A DNA stretch of 64,000 nucleotides, from positions 544,001 through 608,000 of the forward strand of contig JBGAHS010000003.1 of NCBI GenBank assembly GCA_044226015.1, given 5' to 3'. The stretch is from Candidatus Obscuribacteraceae bacterium (lineage in GTDB: Bacteria; Cyanobacteriota; Vampirovibrionia; Obscuribacterales; Obscuribacteraceae). Of this stretch, positions 57,598 through 64,000 are shown piece after piece. How positions within the stretch are numbered: the stretch's first letter is position 1; each line of letters begins with the position of its first letter. A model generated the notes under the pieces. The model was not told the DNA's origin. It did not search any database and saw only the letters and a list, made by a program, of their open reading frames with translations. A program made the translations under genes and the position numbers.

Positions 57598-59922
57598 TCA
57601 GGAGCAGAGTCCCTTGCCCTGAGCAGCAAGCTCGCGAATCAGAGCCGCGGGCTTGTAGTTGTCGTCACCGGTCATCTGGTGGAGCATCTCCAGCTTCTGC
57701 AGCAGAACACGCGCGCCGACGCGATCAGCGTAGCGCAGCGGTCCACCGCGGAACGGAGCCCAACCAGTACCGAGAATCATGGCGATGTTTACGTCGTCAG
57801 CTTCTTCAGCGACACCTTCGCTGATGCAGAGAACCGCTTCGTTCACCATGGCCAGAACCATGCGGTCCTGGATTTCCTCGATTTTCCGCTTCACCGGCGC
57901 CTTGTTCACCACAGCGACGATCTCTGGATTGAAGCCAGCAGGCTTGCCAGCATCGTTGTAGAGATACATGCCCTTGCCGCTCTTCTTGCCGAGAATTTTC
58001 TTCTCGACGACGAATTTGAGCAAGTCGGTGGTGTGGATGCGATCGCCGAGCTTGGCGTTCATGACCTTCACGACGTTGGCGCAGATGTCCAGCCCGACTT
58101 CGTCCATCAGAACGAAGGGACCCATCGGCATGCCGAACTTCGTCATCGCCTTCTCGATGTCCTCGGCCGGAACGCCCTCTTCGAGCAGCTTCACAGCTTC
58201 GAACATGTACGGAGCAAGAATGCGATTCACGACAAAGCCAGCCGAGTCGCCGAGCGGGCGAGTGACCTTACCCAGCTTGCTCGCGAAGAGCTGAAGGGTA
58301 GCGGCAACCTCTTCAGTCGTCTTGTCGCCCTTGATCACCTCGACGAACTTCATCGCGTGAACAGGGTTGAAGAAGTGCAAGCCGCCGAATCGCGAAGCAT
58401 CCTTCAAGCACGAGCCAAGCTGCGTCACGGAAAGCGACGAAGTGTTCGTCGCAATGATGCAGTCCGGACGAACATGCTTCTCCAGTTCGAGATAGACAGC
58501 CTGCTTCTCCTCGAAGACTTCCCGCACCGCTTCGATGACCAGATCAACATCGGCCAGAGCCGAGTAATCGTCGACCACGAAGGTGATGTTCGCGAAACGC
58601 ACATCGGCTTCGTCCTGGGTGATGAGCTTCTTCTCGACCATCTTGTCGAAGAGTCCCTTCACCGTGGCCTTGCCCTTCTCGATGGCGCCAGGGAACGGGT
58701 CCCGAGCGACCACCTTGAAGCCGGAATTGGCCGCAAGCTGCACGATGCCAGCACCCATGGTGCCGCAGCCGAGCACTGCAACCTTCTTCACGGTCCGACC
58801 GCCGAGCTTCTTGCCTTCCTGAGTCAGAAAGTGAATCCGCACGAAATTGCGCGACACTTCGCTGGTGCAAAGCTGCGCAAAAGTGCTGGACTCAAGCTGG
58901 GAGGCTTTGTCGGTGGGCATTTCCAGAGCGCCAAGAGCGAGCTTGACGGCAGCCAGTGGCGCCGGCATGTTGCCCTTCGTCTCCTTCATGACGCCAGCAG
59001 TCGCGAACTTGCGAACCTGCTGCAACCCGAGCGGAACCATGGCGCCGTAAGCACCAGCGAGCAGCGAAGCGATACCACCGAGCCAGCTGGCACCGGAGAC
59101 AGCACCGCTGACAAAGCCGCTCGTGAACAAACCTACGACTCCGCCCAGCCCTGCGCCGATGAGCCCACCAGCGAGAGCTCCGATCAGAGCGAGTGCCACA
59201 GCGGCGACCCACTTCTGTTCGAGAGCAGTTCGCCTTGCACGAGACTTCAACGACGGACGGAAGCTCTTCGGCTTGGCGCCGAGAGCGATCGCGCAGGCGC
59301 GGTCAAAGAGCTGCTCTTCCGACACGAGTTCGGAGAACAACCCGGTTCGCCAGGCTTTTTCAGCATCCCAGGTCTTGAGAGGCGCCAGGATGAGCTCGAG
59401 GGCGCTTTCCACGCCGACCAGCTTGGGCAGGCGAACAGTGCCGCCCCAGCCAGGAACGAAGCCGAGACCAACTTCGGGAAGACCAATCTTGGTCTCGCGG
59501 CTGTTGGTGGCTACGCGATGGCTGCAGGCCAGAGCGAGTTCGGTGCCGCCGCCAAGGCACTTTCCGTGAATGGCAGCGACGGTGGGGAAGGGAAGCTTCT
59601 CGATTTTCGCGAAAACGGCCTTGCCGTATTCGGTAGCTTCGAAAGCGACCGTCGGAGACATGGTCTGAATCTTCACGACCTCTTCGAGGTCGGCACCAGC
59701 GAAGAAGATGTCCTTCTTGCCGGAGATGATGACCAGACCACGCACTCCATCGAGCTGAGCAAGAAGGTCGAGCGCAGACTCGAACTCATTCATCACACTC
59801 GTAGAAAGCTTGTTGACCTTGCTGCCTTCGAGGTCGAACCTGATGACAGCGATACCATTGTCCCGCAGGCTGAGGCTGAGAGCTGCACCTACAGACAGAA
59901 CTTTTGCATTATTGGTTTCCAT
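57598..59922 (-). CDS. fadJ: Fatty-acid oxidation multifunctional enzyme (enoyl-CoA hydratase + 3-hydroxyacyl-CoA dehydrogenase) with a hydrophobic insertion
   Basis: FFAGADL, CLGGGTELALAC, GLPEVGLG..PGWGG, GCGTMG, NTSSL, GLHFFNP, GFVVNR, PMGPF. Confidence 0.92.
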   Translation of the reverse strand: METNNAKVLSVGAALSLSLRDNGIAVIRFDLEGSKVNKLSTSVMNEFESALDLLAQLDGVRGLVIISGKKDIFFAGADLEEVVKIQTMSPTVAFEATEYGKAVFAKIEKLPFPTVAAIHGKCLGGGTELALACSHRVATNSRETKIGLPEVGLGFVPGWGGTVRLPKLVGVESALELILAPLKTWDAEKAWRTGLFSELVSEEQLFDRACAIALGAKPKSFRPSLKSRARRTALEQKWVAAVALALIGALAGGLIGAGLGGVVGLFTSGFVSGAVSGASWLGGIASLLAGAYGAMVPLGLQQVRKFATAGVMKETKGNMPAPLAAVKLALGALEMPTDKASQLESSTFAQLCTSEVSRNFVRIHFLTQEGKKLGGRTVKKVAVLGCGTMGAGIVQLAANSGFKVVARDPFPGAIEKGKATVKGLFDKMVEKKLITQDEADVRFANITFVVDDYSALADVDLVIEAVREVFEEKQAVYLELEKHVRPDCIIATNTSSLSVTQLGSCLKDASRFGGLHFFNPVHAMKFVEVIKGDKTTEEVAATLQLFASKLGKVTRPLGDSAGFVVNRILAPYMFEAVKLLEEGVPAEDIEKAMTKFGMPMGPFVLMDEVGLDICANVVKVMNAKLGDRIHTTDLLKFVVEKKILGKKSGKGMYLYNDAGKPAGFNPEIVAVVNKAPVKRKIEEIQDRMVLAMVNEAVLCISEGVAEEADDVNIAMILGTGWAPFRGGPLRYADRVGARVLLQKLEMLHQMTGDDNYKPAALIRELAAQGKGLCS

Positions 59923-60007
59923 TGTCTTAGACCTTGTTATACGCCAGCCAGCTGGCGAGTTCCGACGAGGAACTCACCAGACAGGCTGAAAGACGTTCTC
60001 CCTTGTA

Positions 60008-61222
60008 TTACAGAGTTTCGATGAGAGTCGCAATGCCCATTCCGCCGCCGATGCAGAGGGTAGCAATGCCGCGCTTCAGTCCTCGAGCCTTGAGCTCGTG
60101 AGCCAGCGTCAGAATGACGCGCGCGCCAGACATGGCAATGGGGTGACCGAGCGCAACGGCACCGCCGTTGACGTTGACCTTGTTGCGATCGAGCCCAAGC
60201 GCCTTTTCGCAAGCCAGATACTGCCCGGCGAAAGCTTCGTTGAGTTCGAACAGGTCGATATCCGCGAGGGTCAGACCGTTGCGTTCCAGGAGCTTCTTCA
60301 CCGCGTAGACTGGACCCAGCCCCATACGTTCCGGGTCGAGGGCGACGGTGATGTGGTCAGTGAGCTGAGCCAGCGGCTCGACACCGAGCTCCGCGACCTT
60401 CGCCTCAGAGGCGATGGCGAGGAAGCAGGCGCCGTCGTTGAGGCCGGAGGCGTTGCCCGCCGTAATCGCAGCCGTACCGAGAGTCGGCTTCAGCTTGCCG
60501 AGCGCCTCCAGAGTGGTGGCGCGAGGATGCTCGTCACGCGCGAAGACGCCCTTCTTGGTCAGAACAGGCGCGATTTCGCGATCGAAGCGACCCGACTTGA
60601 TGGCGGCTGCCGCACGCTGCTGAGACAGCAGAGCGAAAGCGTCCATGTCCGCACGAGTGATGCCGGCTTCGTTGGCGATGAGCTGAGCAGTCTGGGCCAT
60701 GGCCACCGTGCGGGTGTCCTTGACCAGATGCAGCGGCGCCAGCCCGTCATCGACCATGCCGACGTAAAGCCGCGGGCCGATCTTGGGCAGCCAGCGCGAG
60801 AGAAGCCGCGTCAGCCAGTGCTTCGTGCGCAGATTGGCCGGAGCGATGTAAGTCGCCCCCGACATGACATCGGCGCCACCAGCCACGAAGAGATCACCAC
60901 GGCCGAGCATGATCTCGTCCATGGCATTGTTGACGGCCTTCATGCCGGAACCGCACTGAATGTGCAAGGTGTACCCAGTAGCGGAAGCGGGCAACCCAGC
61001 ATTGAGCCAGGTGAAGCGCGAGAAGTTCGGCGTCAGCGGGCTCGTGTAGGCGCTGCCAGCGATGACACCGTCAACGGTGGCAGGGTCGATACCCGTGCGG
61101 TTGAAAAGCTGCACGAGAACATGCTCGGCGAGCTTGTCGGCAGTGGTGTCCGCAAGGCTGCGACCGTAGGAACCAATCGGCGAGCGGACGCCGCCAATCA
61201 AGAGAGCTTTTTTGCTCGACAT
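60008..61222 (-). CDS. Acetyl-CoA C-acyltransferase (thiolase)
   Basis: QCGSG, NASGLNDGA, ELNEAFA, GGAVALGHP, LCIGGGMG; GGAG RBS. Confidence 0.95.
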   Translation of the reverse strand: MSSKKALLIGGVRSPIGSYGRSLADTTADKLAEHVLVQLFNRTGIDPATVDGVIAGSAYTSPLTPNFSRFTWLNAGLPASATGYTLHIQCGSGMKAVNNAMDEIMLGRGDLFVAGGADVMSGATYIAPANLRTKHWLTRLLSRWLPKIGPRLYVGMVDDGLAPLHLVKDTRTVAMAQTAQLIANEAGITRADMDAFALLSQQRAAAAIKSGRFDREIAPVLTKKGVFARDEHPRATTLEALGKLKPTLGTAAITAGNASGLNDGACFLAIASEAKVAELGVEPLAQLTDHITVALDPERMGLGPVYAVKKLLERNGLTLADIDLFELNEAFAGQYLACEKALGLDRNKVNVNGGAVALGHPIAMSGARVILTLAHELKARGLKRGIATLCIGGGMGIATLIETL

Positions 61223-61311
61223 GAGAGTAACTCCATGTTGTTGCAGTGCAGTCACTTCAGAGCGACTGCACCTGTGATGCTTGTATGTGAGGTGAGCACT
61301 GGCGCCTCGGG

Positions 61312-62364
61312 CTAATCCCGATACGCTGAATCCAGTGCTGCGACAACCTCTTGCTTAGTAGACTGGGGGAAACTCGAAGCTTCGATTGCAGTCATGTTGA
61401 CCGCCCGAAACTCAGAGCTTCCCCACCCGAAATGACGATTAAGAAGCAGGTACTCGTTACTCAAGTCAGAGTTAGTGAAGAGAGTACCGTCGGTATTAAC
61501 GGTGACACGCTTACCTGCTTGCAGAAGGCTGTCGATTGGATGTTCAGCCCAACTGCTAATCTGCCCTGTCAAAACGTTTGAACTTGGGCAGACTTCCAGA
61601 ATCCTGTTTTCTTGCCTTTGCCCACGCATACCGTGACCAAGTCGCAAGATTTCGAATTCTGCAAGTCTGACCAGATCTTCATCCTGGGGTTCGTCGGTTT
61701 CCCAGAGATGCACGTTCATCTGGATGCCATGCGCCTTCACACGCACAGCTTCCTTTGCCCACCAGAGAAGTACTCCCGGGTTGGCCTTCTCATCTCCTGC
61801 CAGGTCGAAGACACCAACATGGTCTTTGAACGCGATTGCCAGATCGACCAGCCGTCGGCATAGAGAGGCATCTTCGTGCCGCAAAGCACAGACGATGAGC
61901 CTGACTGGTATCGGTGCAGCGATGATGGCTCCTGACACAGCTTCCATCACTTGCTCAAGCGTGAGCCCAGACTGAATGTGTAGCTGCGGCGCGAAGCGCA
62001 GTTCCAGAGCTATGACGCCATCGCTGACCGCGTCTTCGATACGCTCGCGAGTGATACGCGCTAACCTCGAAGAAGTTCGCATTAGCGGCAGCACATGATG
62101 CACTATCGCAGCGACGTAGTTAGCCAGTGATGAACCAGCCTCAGTGGAAAGGAACTCCTGATACGCTGCTGCAGCCGCTGTGTGCTCACCAGATTCATAG
62201 AGCTCTCTAATGCTAGCGGGGAAGTTAGCGGGAACTTTCCATTGTTCTTCTTGCCAGAACTCAAGCATAGTGCTGGTTCTGAGTGAACAATCAAGGTGCT
62301 CATGAAGAAGAACCTTGGGCATCGACTTGATGGTCGAATGCTCTAACAAAGATGACTGCCCCAC
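61312..62364 (-). CDS. Adenosine deaminase-like amidohydrolase (second paralog)
   Basis: MPKVLLHEHLDCS, LRFAPQLH, FDLAGDE, HLWE, GHG, CPSSN, NTDG; GTG start after AAGGAG (alternative ATG at 62322). Confidence 0.88.
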   Translation of the reverse strand: MGQSSLLEHSTIKSMPKVLLHEHLDCSLRTSTMLEFWQEEQWKVPANFPASIRELYESGEHTAAAAAYQEFLSTEAGSSLANYVAAIVHHVLPLMRTSSRLARITRERIEDAVSDGVIALELRFAPQLHIQSGLTLEQVMEAVSGAIIAAPIPVRLIVCALRHEDASLCRRLVDLAIAFKDHVGVFDLAGDEKANPGVLLWWAKEAVRVKAHGIQMNVHLWETDEPQDEDLVRLAEFEILRLGHGMRGQRQENRILEVCPSSNVLTGQISSWAEHPIDSLLQAGKRVTVNTDGTLFTNSDLSNEYLLLNRHFGWGSSEFRAVNMTAIEASSFPQSTKQEVVAALDSAYRD

Positions 62365-62850
62365 AACCTCTCCTTTACCGAAAAATCCCGAATCGATTAA
62401 CACAGCATCATAATCCAGAGGGATCGAATTGTCATCACTGGCGGGCTGCCGTTGGAAAAGTTCTCGAGATAGAGAGATATGGCGGGATGGAAAGAAAAGA
62501 AGGAAGAATCTCTTGGCAATTAGATATAAAGGGGCCGCTCGAACTCTATCCACCAGAGCACTTTGAATACAAGGGCAGTTAGAGAGCAAAGACCAATCCT
62601 GAACTAATTTTCCAGTGCACATGCGCTAGGGTTCAGCACCACCCAGCTCACAGCTAGCGCGGCTACCGTGAAGAAATACAGCCTGTGCATCAGCCACTTT
62701 TTGTTGAAAGTTTGCCCTTCTTGGGTTATCCCTGTGGCTACTATCGAACAAAGACGCTAATATGACTCTTACGGATATCGAAGATTTCTTCGAACCCGAG
62801 TTGACAAGCGGTCGCACAAGTTTGCGTATTGGCAAAGGAGGACGAGTCTT

Positions 62851-63282
62851 ATGGCAATGGGTGGTAGAACCGGTGAATCCTTCACCGACATCAACGTCAC
62901 TCCGCTTACGGACGTGTTCCTCGTGCTGCTGGTAATCATGATTTTGGTCGCTCCGCTGGTAAATCAGACCGTGTTAAAGGTAGACCCACCTCAGGCACCA
63001 AGCCAGAGCAAAGAAAAACCACCAGAAGATAAAGGTCCTAAAATCAAAGTCGACGTTTCGGCCGCTGGAGTAGTAAGTGTTAATGGAGCTGCAGTCAATC
63101 CTCCTGACTCTTTTACCATTCAACAGCGCATCGCAGCAGAACAGCAAAAAGCTGGCACACAAGACCTACCTTTAGAGTTGCAATCCGAAGCTGACTCCAT
63201 GCAAAAATATGTAGTGGCAGTAATGGACGCCGCTGCAGGAGCCGGTATCAAACGTATGAGAGTACTTCCACTCAAGAAGTAA
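62851..63282 (+). CDS. exbD: ExbD/TolR biopolymer transport protein
   Basis: DINVTPLTDVFLVLLVIMIL; AAGGAGG RBS; TTGACA at 62801. Confidence 0.92.
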   Translation: MAMGGRTGESFTDINVTPLTDVFLVLLVIMILVAPLVNQTVLKVDPPQAPSQSKEKPPEDKGPKIKVDVSAAGVVSVNGAAVNPPDSFTIQQRIAAEQQKAGTQDLPLELQSEADSMQKYVVAVMDAAAGAGIKRMRVLPLKK

Positions 63283-63482
63283 GCTATAGAAAAAAAATAG
63301 AAACGTAAACCTGGGCTCGCTAAAGCGAGCCTTTTCTTTGCCACCAAATACGACACCATATCAAGAAGCCATTTGAGCAAGATTCAGTGAAAACACTGAA
63401 TCTTACCAATACTCTACCCGGCTGTGTCGAACTTGTTTCAGCACTAAGATGGTGAAATCTACTGGCTCAGAGGCACTGCACC

Positions 63483-63887
63483 ATGATTAGCAAGAACGGA
63501 ACTTTCAATCAAATCAACGTCACTCCACTAACCGATGTTTTTCTCGTTCTACTGGTAGTTATGTTGATAGCGACTCCAACGTTTCAACGCAGCGTTTTGA
63601 AAATTTCAGCGCCTTCAAAGGGTGGCGAGCATTCCCAAATACCCGATAGCAAAGAACTAATCAGAATTAGAATCAATGCAGATGGCAAAGTAGGCATCAA
63701 CGAAAAAGCACTGGCAGATAATTCTTCAAAAGCGATACAAAGAGAACTGGAAATTCTGCAAATGCATAAAACGAAAAGCGAATTACAGGTAAAGATTTGT
63801 CCAGACCCCGACACGAAGCAACAAAACCTCGTAAACGCATTAGACGCGGCATGCGGAGCTGGCATAAAGCAAGTCAACATAGAGTAA
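63483..63887 (+). CDS. exbD: ExbD/TolR biopolymer transport protein (second copy)
   Basis: QINVTPLTDVFLVLLVVMLI...ALDAACGAGIK. Confidence 0.9.
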   Translation: MISKNGTFNQINVTPLTDVFLVLLVVMLIATPTFQRSVLKISAPSKGGEHSQIPDSKELIRIRINADGKVGINEKALADNSSKAIQRELEILQMHKTKSELQVKICPDPDTKQQNLVNALDAACGAGIKQVNIE

Positions 63888-64000
63888 TAATGACAGTTGC
63901 AAACTGCTAATTTTACTGACACCACTGACAATACCAAAACATATCTACTGCAAGTATTTCGCTGACGACTATTGCTATATTGGAATGTCCCGAAAACTCG

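Overview
A gene-dense 64 kb bacterial chromosomal segment with about 45 supportable CDSs and no recognisable rRNA, tRNA, CRISPR array, integrase or transposase. Gene style (Hpt-REC-REC-GGDEF regulators, a DUF4388/PatA-N protein, BtpA, a giant secreted Gly-rich protein) suggests a non-photosynthetic cyanobacterial relative (Melainabacteria/Obscuribacterales-like); this is inference only. The window is a compositional mosaic. Most genes are moderate-GC, but several operons (1-2953, tldD-pmbA, 32728-34655, thiolase-fadJ) are visibly GC-richer, strongly codon-biased and flanked by elaborate RNA-like stem-loops. The strongest candidate novelty is a densely base-paired non-coding element of about 830 nt (20495-21327, minus strand, with an internal 35-bp tandem repeat) directly upstream of tldD-pmbA. 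Other highlights: (1) a metallophosphoesterase co-located with a colinear catalytically dead paralog bearing a histone-like tail; (2) two divergent adenosine-deaminase-like paralogs bracketing a thiolase/FadJ pair in which FadJ has a membrane-like insertion; (3) an M16 protease with a ~200-aa histone-H1-like arm next to an HDAC; (4) a degenerate GGDEF regulator with a Tyr-spaced prion-like linker; (5) a 3611-aa PGRS-like exoprotein; (6) a secreted DUF3626-like protein. All assignments are from motif reading by eye; no searches or folding programs were run.
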